NCBI RefSeq assembly: GCF_000143415.4
Contig: NW_003314290.1
Coordinates: 248,001 to 312,000, forward strand
Source: Selaginella moellendorffii
Lineage: Eukaryota > Plantae > Lycopodiophyta
DNA length: 64,000 nt
Direction: 5' to 3'
Both the position numbers and the translations under genes were made by a program. This document shows positions 11,249-25,101 of the stretch, one piece after another. The notes under the pieces are model-generated. The model was not told the DNA's origin. It ran no database searches and saw only the letters and a program-made list of their open reading frames with translations. Every line of letters starts with the position of its first letter. The stretch's first letter is position 1.

Positions 11249-11743
11249 TAGCACCGTCACCACCATCACGGGTTCAGCCTTTCCTCCTTCCATTCTCTCG
11301 TTGGTTTCGATATTTAGAGCTCTGCAATTTCACCAGGTTGGATGATCTGAGCACAGTGTTCACAGTGTTCATATGTAAGAACCATTCCCTGTAAGAAACA
11401 TTTCCTTTTTCACTAGCGGTGCAATCGATCTCGTTTTTTTTCCTTCCGGTATATTCTCGAGACTGTACGTAACAGCTACTGCGTAACTGCCGGTGCTTCA
11501 AGTGGGGAAAATCGTATCCCAAAGTGGGCCGGTTTTTTCACTTAGCAAGAACATATCATCTCCGGGAAGTTTTTCTTGGCTAGCTTCCGTTTTTTAATTT
11601 TTTTTGTTTTTTTTTGGAGGTACCACTGTGCCTAGAGGATCCACAGCTGCTATTTTACTTCAATCGGATCCTTTCATGGGACTGCTGCTGCTCGTCCTTG
11701 CTACTTAAACAGTGCTAAAGTTCTCCGGTGGTGAAGTGTAACA

Positions 11744-14700
11744 ATGGACTTTCTCATCGGGAGACTGGTGTTAGCGCTGGCGATGGTGGCCGTGCTTGTC
11801 TCTGCCGATGATGATGTTGATGCTGGACCGGTATACATCGTCAGGATGAAGGGACATCCGATTGCCGCTATGATCGACAAGCCTGTCTATGCCATTAATG
11901 AGGAAGATGATCATGAAACGAGGTAGTATATTGTCTTCATTGTTTCAACTCGTAACTTCGTCTTGTTTTTTTCGTTTTCTTTTTGTTTTTCCAGAGATTT
12001 CGTGGAGATGCATACGGCAAGCTTGAGACGGAACCACGATGCGTTTCTGGAAAGCTTGCTCGAAGAAGGGAGCTACGAGAAGCTGTACAGCTATACGTAC
12101 CTTATGAATGGTTTCGCTGTGAAGCTCAGGGATGAAGTTCATGTAAGTCGTTTCCTTATAAAGTTTTACTTGTTTCGGTACTTATCCGGTGCTACGGTCA
12201 GGTTGATTCTATCAGAGCTCATCCGGATGTTCTATCGCTGGAACACGAGGTGCATTTCCGAAAGACAACGACTTACACACCGTTTTTCTTGGGCCTGGAT
12301 CCAAGAGCTTGGAAGAACGTCGGGACATTTGCAAAGGCCGGGGAAGATATCGTCATTGGAGTTCTGGATACTGGGATCGATCCACGCCACCCCAGCTTTG
12401 CAAACACCACCTCAAGGCCTTACTCGTTCAATCGACACTGGGAGAAGGTGTGCGCTGCGTCCCCGACATTTCCCAAAGGTTCCTGCAACGGGAAGATCAT
12501 TGGCGCTCGTCACTTCTCCAAAGGCATTGTAGCTGCGAACGCGTTCAATGCGAGCAATGACTACGATTCCCCGCTCGATGGTGATGGTCACGGGAGGTAA
12601 GCTTAACGTTTCTCTTCTCTTTAGTGGTAAAGCAGATGTTTTGTATCTACAGCCATACCAGCTCTGTTTGTGCCGGCAACAATGGTGTTTACGTGAGTGT
12701 GGACAAGTATATCTATGGGAGAGCAAGCGGAATGGCTCCTCGCGCACGGTGAGCTCATGTTTTTGTAGTAAACCGTCCATCAACTTAGCTCTCTCAGGAT
12801 TGCGGTGTACAAAGTCATTTACAGAGATGGTGGCTACTTGTCTGATGTTCTTGCGGGGATTGATCAGGTTTGCCTTGCGCTATTTTCTTCTTTGTTTCAT
12901 TCCGTGAGTTGGAACACAGGCCGTTCAAGATGGAGTTCATGTGCTGAGTATCTCTCTCGGTGCCACTAGTGGAGCCTACGGTGTTCCGTTCCTCAACTCC
13001 TTCGACATTATGATGCTCCTCGCGTTCAAGGCGAACGTTTTCATCGTCCATGCTGCTGGGAACAACGGTCCTGCCGCCTTCAGTATGAACTCGTTCGGGC
13101 CGTGGGTGTTGTCGGTCGCAGCTGGTATGACAGATCGAACGTACTCGACTCCGATAATTCTCGGCAACGGGCAATGGGTGTATGGAACTGGTCTAACAGG
13201 TAAGCGTGTGAAACACTCTCGTAGAAGGCCATCGCTAACCTTTGGAACCATTTGCACTGTAGCTGGAACCAGCGCTCGCAAGTTGTATCCTTTGATTTAT
13301 TCCCAGGATGCGTACATCGCCGGGGTGACGTCCTTCGACCAGGAGTTTTACTCTTACTGCTCCGACCCCTCGCCTTTCAACAAGACTCTCGTCAGCGGGA
13401 AGATTCTCATTTGCAACTTTGTCGACTACTTTTCTGGTGGTGCCGTCACACAAATCGAAGGCGCTCTCGCAACTGCCATTGCCACGGGAGCTGCTGGCCT
13501 CCTCATTGTCTTCCCAACATCCGCCGAGAAAACGCCAACCAAAGACACGGTCTTTGATCCAATTCCTTTCACGATACCCGCGAGCTTTGTGGTGGATCCA
13601 AACGCGTCAGCGGTAAGCTGTTTTGTTTCCAAGCTTCTTAACTTGTTTCTTTTTCGCTCTGGCAGCTCATACTACAACACTACAACGAGAAGACTGTGAA
13701 AGACAGCAAGGGGCAAGTGTTGAGGTTCGATGCACAAGCCAGGATCGAGGACTCGAGACACCCCTTGTATCCATTGGAAGCACCGAGAGTGGCCTCGTAT
13801 TCTTCCAGAGGCCCGGTCTACGCTGACACGGTTACGTCCCTGGTAGCAGACGTGATGAAACCAGACGTCCTCGCACCTGGAAACCAGATATGGGGTGCAT
13901 GGACACCCAAAGGAACCGACGCAAACTCTTTCACAGGCAAGCCTGTAACTTCAGCTTCTTGTTCTTTTTCTTACAAACTCTATATACCAGGTCGCAACTT
14001 TGCCATGCTTTCCGGGACGAGCATGGCCACTCCGCACGTCGCCGGAATCGCCGCGCTCTTGATCCAAAAGTACCCGAGGTGGCGCGCCTCAACCATCCGC
14101 TCGGCGATCATGACCACCGCGGACAACTTCGACAACCGCGACCGCTGGACGCGAGCCGAGCAGCCGTACTCCAACTCGTCCCAGGCGATCGGCCGGGCCT
14201 GCCCCTTCGACATTGGCAGCGGTGCTATCAACGCCACCGCAGCGCTCGATCCAGGCCTCGTCTTCGACGTTGGTAAGCTTGGCTTTTCTCGTTTTCTCGA
14301 TCCAGAGCTTTCACAAACTTGTAACGCTCGTCTTCCTCGTTCCCAGGATTCCAGGATTACGTGGACTTCCTGTGCGAGATCCCGGGGGCCGACCAAAACT
14401 CGGTGGAGTACTCGACGGGGGCTCATTGCGGGCCTGAAAACAAGAACCCCTCGGACCTCAACATGCCGTACATCACGGTGGCGAACTTGATAGGCAGCCG
14501 GGTGGTGCAGCGAACCGTGGTAAACTTGGGCGGCGAGGAAACTTACAACGTCACGGTGAGGCATCCAGCGGGGGTGGACGTGTCGGTGAAGCCGCGGGTT
14601 TTCAAGGCCAGGACTGGGAAGCCAGTGGTCATCAACGTGACGCTCACCGCGACGCAGACCAACCAACAGTTCACCTTCGGGTATATGATCTGGGACGGCG

Positions 14701-14759
14701 ACAAGGGTCATTCCGTACGCGTTCCCCTCGTTGTCTCGGCGAACTCTATGAGCGGGTAA
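11744..14759 (+). CDS. Secreted subtilisin-like serine protease (SBT2-type; I9 prodomain, S8, PA, Fn3-like); multi-exon
   Basis: Signal peptide; catalytic triad motifs IGVLDTG, DGDGHG|SHT and GTSMATPHVAG; AAGNNG oxyanion Asn; KPDVLAPG. Confidence 0.95.
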
Positions 14760-14772
14760 ACAAAGTTCTTTG

Positions 14773-15000
14773 CTCTCTCTCTCTCCTCTCTCTCTCTCTC
14801 TCATATTTTTTCTACAAAGATGATGGCTCTCTCTTCCATTTTGAATCTCTCTTGATCTCTCTTCTACAAAGACCATTTTGATCATCTTTCTCTCTAAGGC
14901 CATCTCTCTCTCTCTCATATTTTTTCTACAAAGATGATGGCTCTCTTCCATTTTGAATCTCTCTTTCTCTCTAAGGCCATCTCTCTCTCTCTCTCTCTCC
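14773..15000. repeat. (CT)n microsatellites with a local ~60-bp duplication
   Basis: ctctctcatattttttctacaaagatgatggctctct..ccattttgaatctct occurs at ~14795-14851 and ~14910-14963. Confidence 0.85.
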
Positions 15001-16005
15001 GTTTTTTTCTTTTCTTTGATTGGAAACAGGGACCATTTTGATCATGGCACCGCCGCAAACTAAGATTGAGATTTTCCTCTTGTAAATAAAAGAGACTCTC
15101 TCTGGAACTCTTTTTCCTTTTCCTCGTTAAACATTGGAGAGAATCACGCCAGCTGTTGCTTCCATGTCTCCGTAATGCCCAGCAAAGAAAAAAAAGGGTT
15201 TTTCCTCCTCCCCGCGGCAATGAATCGGCCCCAAGGCCGCCGTACAAGACATGCCCTTTTAGCAGATGGAAACACCGCCAGTGTTGAGATCGGTAAGAAT
15301 ATTTGTTGCGCTCATTTTCCTTGTTGGCCACTAAGACTGTTGGCTTGTTGGCCTCCAACAGAATCGCAATCGGATCTTCACTCATTCATTCCTTGCGCTA
15401 TGCCGTCCCCTGTACGGACTGCCCCCCGGCACGTTCGTACCGGAGATTTCTCGCAACCAAGTTTAGAGACAAGCCATCGTGCCAGTGTTACAAATCCATC
15501 TGGCCAGTGTTACAATCCATCCAGCAGATGTTACAAACCAATGTTATATGCGCTAAAACATTACACTTTATCACGTTGTTCGCGTCAAAAAAGAAAAATA
15601 CACTCCCCTTCTTTCTTCTCTCCTTTTTTTTTTCTTGCGTTAATTTTCTCCGCGTTGCTCTGTGGAGATTTTTCAACAAAGGTAGAAAAAAAGCGAGGAT
15701 TTTGTTTCCATGTACAAGAGAGAAAGTAAAGAGGGGAGCCACTGTTCTTGGTCCTTATTGGAAACGAGCGAGAGAGAGCGAGAGAGAAAGAGGGAAAGAG
15801 CGAGACTGCAAAACCACCCCTTTTCTTCGTAGCGCAAATTTTCCAGCTTTGATTCCCCGACCCTTCTCATGGCACAGCTATTTAGCAGCTATAGACGTCT
15901 TCAAAAATGCTTCTTTGTGTTTCCCTGTTTTTTTTTTTTTTCTTCTTCTTCTTTTCTCTTTCGTTTTTTTAGCGGTTTTTTTGTCTTCCTCAAGATTTTA
16001 CTTCG

Positions 16006-17721
16006 TCAGCTTGTAGCCTCGGCTTCTCTCGGAACTGATCCAGAAAACAAAGACATCGTCAGTCCAGAGACTAAAAGCACGCAAAAGAAAAACAAAACTT
16101 ACCACCAAGACCAATTGCGTCAGACCCCTTCATGATCCGTAGCCTTTTCACAGTCGCTGCAAACATCCTGGAGTAGCAGGACAAGATCAGAACTCCACTT
16201 GGGATCCAGAGACAAAAAACAATTTACCTCCATGGAACATCGCCAACGAGCATCAAATCCCCGTCTTTGTCCTCGTAAGTCAGGACGTACTCCGTCTCAT
16301 ATCCATCAAAGAGGCTCCGGACATCTCCAGACGATTTTTGTTTGGACATCGGCTGGCCTGATCAGCGAAAGCAGCAAAAGTACTCGTTAGTCGATGGACA
16401 CATCAAGCTTTCCAGATCTAAAGCGAAAGTAGCTCACCGCTCACGAATCCGCTAAACATATCCTTGAGAGCCGAGGAGAGCTTCACGTAGCTGTTGTTGG
16501 AATCCAGATCCACTTTCCGGCCGATCGGGAGGCCGTCCATGTACACCTTGACAAAGAGTGAGTTGTTGCTCGCTGCTGCTTGGCCACCATTACTGCCTTG
16601 ATCCGGAGTCGCGAGCTCCGCGGCCTGCTTTACAGTTTGTGCTGGTGCAACCAACGTGTTCTTCCTAAAGGACTGAACTGGCGGCCACCCAACCATCGGA
16701 CCACTGCAAATAAATAAGATATTCAGTTATACTTCTTTGAAAAAAGCAAGAAAAAAAAACTCAAGCTTGGTATGAGAGGAAGGAAAAAAAAATCTTCGAG
16801 CTTCAGAGAGAAAGGAAAAAAAATCTGTACTGTGGAGTGAGAGGAAGGAAAAAAAAATCTTCGAGCTTCAGAGAGAAAGGAAAAAAATCTGTACTGTGGA
16901 GTGAGAGGAAGAAATCTAGAGCTTGCTGGAGGAGCTCAAGAGAATAGGAAAGGCTAAAGAGAAAGAAGAAAAACGTACCTTGAGGATGGAGTTTCTTCGC
17001 CTTGGTTCAGGCACGAGAAGTGACTGAGAGACGAAGAGGAGGAATCTTTTCTCTGGAAAGGCGTGAAAGTGGTCCTGTGTGGATCATGAATTGGCCTCCA
17101 TGTTTTGGTGGTGGCGGCGTTGGTGGTGGTAGTGGTGGTGGCGGCGGTAGTGTTGTTGTTCTTGGCGGAAGAGCTACTCCATGGAAACATCGCTGGTAGC
17201 ATCTTGGAGCCCATACCTTTGACGAGATCCACCGCCTCCACAGTCTCCGAGTAGCCCCTCTTGGATCCAGCGCTGGGGAGCTTCAATTTCACCTCCTGGA
17301 AGAGAGATCTCTCCCTCGTCGTCTCGCCCGCGCTGTCCAGCGCCTCCTTGCTCCTGGGAGCCGGCCCCAATCCCAGCCCCAGGCTCAGATCTGGATCCTC
17401 AACCATGGCTGCCGCCCCGCCGCAGCGATCCTCGGGCTTGTCCACGCTGATGGACGAGGAGCCAATGTAATCGTGCTCGTGGATCTTGGTGCTGCTCTGG
17501 CTGCTGCTATTGCTACACGAATTGGCGCGGCTAGCTCCAGCGCCAGCTCCAGCGCCAGCGCCAGCGCCATTGAAGAAAACCCCAGCCCCGGCCGCGCATT
17601 CCTCCCCAGCGTTGCTATCGCCCGTCCTCTCAGTCACCACCGAGGAGCTCACGCTGCGGCTGAGCGAATCAAACGCCATCGTCACGGGCGTTGCCGGCGC
17701 TGCTCGCGAATCCTCCCCCAT
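16006..17721 (-). CDS. IAA: Canonical Aux/IAA repressor; exons 17721-16979, 16703-16438, 16357-16228, 16167-16103, 16034-16006
   Basis: EAR motif DLSLGLGL; KRG; degron VGWPPV; PB1 domain [39 protein letters not shown]. Confidence 0.96.
16774..16911. repeat. ~65-bp near-perfect tandem duplication in Aux/IAA intron 1
   Basis: gagaggaagg(a)ntcttcgagcttcagagagaaagg(a)ntctgtactgtggagt occurs twice, followed by the start of a third copy. Confidence 0.92.
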
Positions 17722-19293
17722 TCCCCCTCTTTCACGCGCTAGAATCCCGGATTTTCACCTGCGTTGCCTCCAAACGCGCTGACGATCGGCCAGGGAACAA
17801 GACAGAGCTCCTCCAGTGCCGGATTTTAGCCCATCGATCGAGGCAAGAGCGCGAAGAAGACGAAGATCACACTCACGAAGAACGCGGAAGGCCTTTGGAA
17901 GCCCTAAAATGGGGGAATGGGGGTTTTATGAAGCTCGTGCGGGCATGGCCATGGCCATGGCCATGGTGGGGGCCATGATGGAATGGATGGATGGCAATGG
18001 TATGACATGGTAGCCCATTGGCCGCTGGCCAGTGGCCAAAAACCCCCGCAAGTGGTCCATGTCCATTACTGGCCCGGGAAAGAGGGGACAAGATCACGCC
18101 TACCATTTTGTCGTCGTGAGAAAACAGCAAAGCCAAACCAAACACGATTCGTTCTCTGTTTTAAACTTGAGATGGCGGTTTTTAATTTCTTGATTTTAAA
18201 ATTGTAATTATAGCTGATAATCTTTTTCATTTTTCATTCTGGAAGTTCTAATAGCCATGCTCCGTCCATTTGCTCTTTTGTGTGTTTTTTTTAGGTGGTT
18301 GGGAGGCACTAAATGATGTTCATTCAGCATGAGGCCTTCTCTGGGAAAACACGTCTGTCTCCTTTGTCTTTGATCATTCCTTCTTTGGCCTACTTGCAAA
18401 ATTTCCAGCAGCCTAGGTGCTATGTGCATATGTGTGAAGAAAAATAAAAAGTAGAACTGTGAAACTCAGCATATTATTATAGCTATATTGTTTTATACTA
18501 CATAACAGATATAAGAGTTCAATCTTTTAAAAACATGTGCTTGTCAACATGAGATCGCAGTAGAGGTTGCAAAATCTGGCATGGAAAGCTGCCTCCACGT
18601 TTATCTTTGTGATTTTGTGGGATTTGCAACCGAACAAACCAAACACATCTGCTTGCAGTGTCACTCTCATATAGAGTTAAGTTTTTTTTCTTTTTCCCAA
18701 TTTGGATTTGGATTTGGATTTAAACTATTCAGCATATCCTCTTTTGTTTTTTTTTGTTTTTCCTTTTAGGGATGTTAGATGCATGCCAGATTGTAGACAA
18801 TTTCAAGAGTGGAAGTGATTATGACACTGAGGGGAGACAATTTGAATGTTTTCCAGTGGACAAAGTCTGATCAGTTTGTCCAAGACTGGGGTAAAGAGCT
18901 TGATGGCCAATGCTTTCACACATTAATGAATTTGAAACCTCACAAGAAAACAGTAGGATAAGAACAAGGACGTGTGCCCGTGTGTCTTGCAAGAGCCCGG
19001 TTGAGTGACTTGGATTGATCATTTCTCCAACTCTCTTGTCTTTTGGGTGGGAATGAGAAAGACCAGAAGAAGAAGAAAGAGAGATACAAGAGGGGTCAAA
19101 AAGATGGAAAAAAAAAGAAGAAAAGAGCTCCTCAATGTACTTTGTGGGGTGTTGGCAAGATGATTCCCTTCATTTGAAAGGGAAGCTCTCACAGATCCAA
19201 CCATCCCTGCACTTTAATCAGGATCATGAAACCCACACTGAAATTCAAAGTCCTGGAGAATATTCTGCAAGCGGCACGATAATATACCGTCAA

Positions 19294-19562
19294 CCGACAG
19301 CCGGGGACATTCCCCGACAACGATCGAGATACCCCGTGATATGCCGGCCCTCTACCAACCCCACCAATGGGTCCCCATCCATCATGCACACCATGCCATG
19401 CGCATGAGCGGCATGGGCCCATAAGGCCCATGTGGGGCGCCAACGGCATGGGTACATATCATATCATTACAAACGCCCCGCATGACGTGTCAAGAGCAAG
19501 AGGACCGCAGCGACGTGGCCGGCCTCTCGACGAGACACGTGGTCGCTGGCTAGTGGCCGACA
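19294..19562 (-). promoter_or_regulatory. Putative auxin-responsive enhancer: AuxRE cluster plus ACGT/G-box elements
   Basis: Minus strand TGTCGG-n4-TGTCCC-n4-TGTCGG (19294-19319); GAGACA overlapping CACGTG (19532-19541); CCGACA 19557-19562; TGACGTGT 19483; ACGTGG 19513. About 1.6 kb upstream of the Aux/IAA ATG. Confidence 0.55.
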
Positions 19563-20235
19563 AGCAACCGGCAGATTCCGGCGCTGCAGGCTCCATGTCG
19601 TCCGCTGGGGACCGGTCCCTTTTTTGCCCTGGGGGACGCAATCTCCACCGTCTGTCCTCCAAATCGACGGCAGGATTCCGCGAGAAAAGCGCCCATAGAA
19701 ATGTCGAGGCTTCTTCCGTGACGACTCGATCGATCTCTCTCTCTCGGGACAAGAAAAAAAAACCATTCTTCCTGTTTTCTTCTATGATTTTCCAGTCTTG
19801 ATTTCTGTCGCTCAGTCTCGCAGTCACAGACAGTGAAAGAGAAGATTAAAATACCTGCAAGAGGAAACAAAGCCATTAGCTCTCTTTACAGAATCATTGT
19901 GTACAAATATTAAACTCCTGGAGAAAGAATGTGGTGTTTTCAACGCACCTCTGATAGAGAGCATCAGCGAGCAGCTCCTCGAGGCTTGTAGCTATAGGTG
20001 GAATTAAAAAACCACTAAGAAAACGAGAGAAAAACACTCATCACGATCAAAGAAACAGTGAAACAGTCAAGTGAGAAGCAGTACCTTCCAAGTTGTGTTC
20101 TTTGTAGATCTTTTTTTCTTTCTTTCTCCCTCCTGGCAATTGTTTAAGTTTCCCAAAGGTCAGTCCTTGTTACTGTTGTCTCGGGAGTGCCAGGAGCAGT
20201 AGCAGTAGTGTACAAGTCAACATCTTCCAGTCTCG

Positions 20236-20615
20236 CCTTTGCTTTGCTTTGCTTTGCGCTGCGTTGCGTTGCTGTGCTTTGCTTTGCCTTTGCTTTGCCT
20301 TGCTTTGCCTTTGCCTTGTTTGCTCGCTGCCTCCTCCTGTCTGCCTGTGGCGCGTCCTGTCCTGTGCATTGGCTTGTACAAGCAATTTGCTTGAGAGCCG
20401 TCCGGTCTATTCTCCCAATTATGAATGCTTGAAAAGTCCGCTCTGGAGTCTGGACTGGTCCCTGGCCTTGCCTCCATGAATGAAAAAGTGCCTTGTCTCT
20501 CTCCGGCGTCTGTCTGAGCAGCAAAGAGAGATTTTTTTTAGTGAAAGAAAAAAAGTGTTGAATGGATGCCCACCAGAGTCTCCGCTAGAGTGAGGCACTG
20601 ACTGCTCGCTCCGTG

Positions 20616-20643
<28 letters not shown>
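20236..20643. repeat. Simple repeats: (GCTTT/GCCTT)n at ~20236-20318 and (CTG)n at ~20618-20643
   Basis: Directly visible. Confidence 0.85.
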
Positions 20644-20647
<4 letters not shown>

Positions 20648-21148
20648 GTGGTGTTCTGTACAGCTTTTCTTTTTGTTGCTTCTGACTCGCAGCAGCCATT
20701 CGACGTCGCTGTTGGTGCTGTTGTTGCGCATTGTTTTCCTGCCACCTTGCTTAAATGAGCGAGCGCGAATTCTCCCGATCGGTTCCAGTCTCTCAGCAAC
20801 AGCTGCGAGGTCGGTGAGCAGTGGTATTCTTTGAACCTCCTCAGCTCCGTGCAGATGCAAGCAGACTTATCTGGATCAGGCAGGCAGGCAGTCAGTCAAG
20901 TCAGAGAATGTGTCGCCTCTCCCCCACTGTAACGCGGAGAGACGTCTCTCCCATGCAGTGTGTGTGCCTCCATGCCCTGCAGGTGTAAGAAAAGTCTACA
21001 GCTCTGGGAGTTCCAAGCTTTACGCTTACCCATACCTGTTGGAGACGCAACAGATTCCCGGTAAAGCACCTTCGTGACATCACGTATTCTGGTTAGAGAG
21101 AATTTGCAAGAAGAAAAGTGCTACTGACCTGTAATGTGGACTTGAAAA

Positions 21149-24100
21149 TCAAAGCACCAACTTTGTTAGCTCAAAACTTGGTCGACCTTTTGGAGCGATA
21201 CTAACGCATTTAACTTTCAGCTTATCTCCAACCGAGTAGTCTGATGTACTCGCTCCCTGCAAAATTAATTTAGCAGGGCGGAAGTGAATTGGAAGCATTG
21301 GACTCACCTTTCCCGTCTTAAGTACACCACTTGCGCCGGTCTCCATTTTCACAGCTACACCACTCTTCCGGATTTGCTCGATAGTCACATGGTATATAGC
21401 ACCAATTTCCGCTGTGGTCTGCTTCTCTGTACACGCTTTCTCGTGCTTCTGTTCATGGCCAGCTCCATCAACCTTTTGTTTCTGTCTTCTCTTTGTTTGC
21501 TCCTTTTCCTGTTTTTCAGCACCAGCGTCTGAGGCAGTCTTCTTTGATGATCCACCATGTAAGACTTTCATCACCATTAAGATTTTTGGTTCGTCTTTCT
21601 TTGTCTTCTCTTTTTCTTGTTTTTCAGCACCAGGTTTTGCCAGCTTCTTCGGTGAGGCTTTGCTTGAAATTTTCTTTTCCTCTGACATACTGGGGCTGTC
21701 TTCTGATTGACGTTTTTCTACCCCGGATTGCTGCAGTTGGGTCTTTCCAGCAGTCAACACCGCAGTAATCCTCTCGGCAGTTAGATCGAACGTTTGTGAT
21801 GATTTCTTTGCTTGTGTGATTGCTTGCGTGACTTTCGCAAGAACTGGAATCGTAGTAGTTGCCTCTGCATCTTCAGTAGGAAAAATGTCAGATCTTAACA
21901 AAAATCTAAAGTTCAACTTACTAGCTTTATTTATCACTGCTTTACGTGAAAACTTCAGATTTCCACGGAAGTCTCGTCCTGTACAGAGTACCGTAATTTG
22001 CTGTCCAACTGACAGTACGTCTGCAATAGCTGTTACCTGGGAAATACATGACAAGTTCAGTAATGCTTGAAGAGAAAGGCTTTCTAAACAGCGTACAGGT
22101 TCGTGTGAGATTTCTGAAATATGAAGAAGCCCTTGTTGCCCGCCATCGAAGTCAATAAAAGCTCCAAAATCTTTTATAGCGGAAACAGTTCCCGTATACG
22201 TTTCACCGACTATGATTTCTCGTCCAACTAGAGCTTCAATCTGCAAAACGAATATTAAAAGAAAAACGAGAATGCGCAACATGCATACCATCGATTTTGC
22301 CACTTTGAAGCTTTTTTCGGATCTTGAAATAATATGGACATTTCCATCCTCGCCCACAGTCAAACGAGCTCCTGTAAACAGTCCTTGAATGCACGAACAA
22401 GGGTAGAAGAACACATGTACCTGAAACGGATTGTAAATGCCTTATGTTCGAACCACTAGGACCGATAAGTCTGCCAATGCTTTCTCGTTGAATAACTATC
22501 GTTCCTGGAAAAGAAAGGACAGAACTATAGCCTATAGTTAGGAAAAAACATTACCTCTTCTAGGTGTATCTTGTCGTTGAGTGTCCCGCGGTTTAGAAAT
22601 TTCCTTTTCCATCAAATCCAAGATTTTCTTCCGAGCAACATACGCAGGTTCTAATGCCTCGCAAAGAATATGCAGTGGCACTCCTGGAAGCTTTATGTCA
22701 AGCTGGATCGCAGTCACGCCTTTTTTTGTTCCGGCAATTTTGAAGTCCATGTCACCCAAGTGATCCTCTAGTCCCTAAGAAAAAGATAATTCAGCGTACA
22801 GCCAGAGAAAGGCAGGAAAAGACGTACCAAGATGTCCGTCAAAATCTTATAGTTCTTTATTTCTCCAGTCTCAGCATCAACGTTCGTCATAAGACCCACG
22901 GAGATGCCCGCCACATGAGACTTTAAAGGAATGCCAGCATCCATCAAAGCCAGACTCCCTGTACCCAAAGTTAAATCCATGAAAAACCAATGACCCGTTT
23001 CTACCTCCACAAACCGTTGCCATTGACGATGAGCCATCAGAAGCCATGACTTCTGAATTCACTCGAACACTGTATGGAAAATTCTCATCTTCAGGCGGCA
23101 ATAGTGCTACCAAGGCCTTCTCGGCTAGAGTACCTGTGAAATGGCTTATATCAATGAGACCTTCGAAAATAACAACTTTACCATGCCCAACTTCTCGGCG
23201 GTTTAGGCCTCCTACTTTGCCAACTTCGTTAACAGAGAAGGGGGGAAAACTATAGTGGACCATAAATCGTTTCTTAGGAGGACCAACTATTGAATCAAGT
23301 TTCTGTGCATCTTCGGGAGCTCCCAAAGTTACCGTACATAGCACCTAAAAACCTTATAAAGATAGAGGCAAAGCACAAACACGAAATGCCTACCTGTGTA
23401 TTCCCTCGCGAAAACAAAGAAGAACCATGAAGTGCTGGATATATTCCGGCCTCGCAATAAAGGTCCCTGACGTCCGTCAGAGACCTGCCATCAACCCGAA
23501 TGTTCTTTTGAAACACATTTTCCCGGACAATCTAAAGGAGACAATTAGGTACCGGAGATAGAAACTTTTTTTCATGACTTACTTGCTTCTTTACAGTGTC
23601 AAAGCCAAGCGAAAAACGGCTTAAAGCGGCCTCGTCATTTTCTTTCTTGAGAATATCCTGCACATTTTCCATTGCTTTTCCGAGAGCCTTTCCTCGTTCA
23701 AACTGCAAAAACAAACATAAATACACTGCTTCAAAGTTTTCATCGAACCTTTCCAAGCGTCGGGTTATTAACCACTGCTTTGATATGTTCTTCCGATAAT
23801 CCACGGATTTTCTCTAAAACGGGGACATCAACCTTTACCACTTGTACAGGCCGTTTCCTGTTTCCAACCTTTGCTGCTAGTCGACGCTGTGGTTCTATCA
23901 GTTTGGAAGCCTGCAGCATCGAGTAGCAAAGTAATGTTTGCTTTTTGTAAGAAAATTAAGTACCTCCGAATGTGCCAGTTTCAAGGCAGCAGTGAAGTCT
24001 TTATTTGTTATTTCTCGCGCTTGTGTCTCGATCATAAGTGACCTTTCAGCTGTACATGAATATATCAAATTAAGGTCACTGCCGCTGAGCTGAAACAATA

Positions 24101-25050
24101 GACAATTTTAACGCGCAATTCAATGGCTAAAGATAAAAAATGAGAAAACAATACCGTGTCCATGTCGGGGTTAACAACAAACTTTCCATCAACACGTCCT
24201 ATGCGTACTACTCCAATAGGACCATTCCAAGGTACATCAGACAACGCTAAGGCAGCCGAGGCTGCATTAGCTGCGAGTATATCCGGATCCTGCTCCCCAT
24301 CTGAACAAAGGACATTGGCCATTATCTGTTTAGTTTGAGAAAATCAGAAACGAGACACATCAAGGAAAAACAAAACCTGGGTTTCGAAGTAGTAGCCCTT
24401 TGGAAAGAGAGGCCGAATCGATCTGTCAATGACACGACCGCAAAGAAGCTCCCTCTCTTTTGGTGCTCCCTCCCTACGCATGAAAGTGTTTGGAATTTTT
24501 CCCTGTGCATAAGACTTTTCTCTATACTCCACCTGACAAAGAGAGAGATTATGAACAGAAAAACAAAAGAAGATCAAACCTGGAGAGGCATGAAATCCCG
24601 ACCCGCATCGAGCCTTTCGTCGGACACAACAGTGACCAAAACTTTGGTTTCGCCAGCTCCACAGACCACTGCTCCAGCGGCAAACTGCGCGAGCTTTCCA
24701 GTCTCAAAAGTTAAAAGCTCCGGCCCGATCATCACAGACTCTTCAAACACTTGCATTTTTGCTGGAAGAAAACAACTCAAACTAACAAGAGGTTCTTAGA
24801 AAGAAAAATCTCTTACCCGCAGACTCGCGCCATGGAGCCGATGTCTCGGAAAGGATTTGCTGCCGGGCGCTCCTGGAAGTAGCAATGTGACGACGCCACT
24901 GGTGAAAGAACGACGATCAACGTGGCATTCTCGCAAGGAAATGGAGATTACCCGAGTGGGAGAAGGCGCCGATTGGATTTGGAGCTGCGGGCACACATAG
25001 GACGCGATCCGGTGCCTCACCGCTGCTCCCGCCCTCCAGCTTCCCTTCAT
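21149..25050 (-). CDS. PNP2: Polynucleotide phosphorylase, probably the mitochondrial type (2 RNase PH + KH + S1 + Lys-rich linker + second S1-like domain); many exons
   Basis: [77 protein letters not shown]; Arg/Ser-rich N-terminal presequence. Confidence 0.95.
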
Positions 25051-25101
25051 GGCCCGATAAACCCTAAACCTTGGGGCGATTTTATTTCTACTCAAACGGC
25101 C

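Noticed and set aside
15175-16016. 184-aa and 237-aa ORFs with a short internal repeat (cagtgttacaa.tccatc)
   Set aside because: Low complexity, no recognisable domain; lies in the Aux/IAA 3' region.
20127-20196. miRNA precursor hairpin
   Set aside because: The stem has a large asymmetric bulge and matches no miRNA I recognise.
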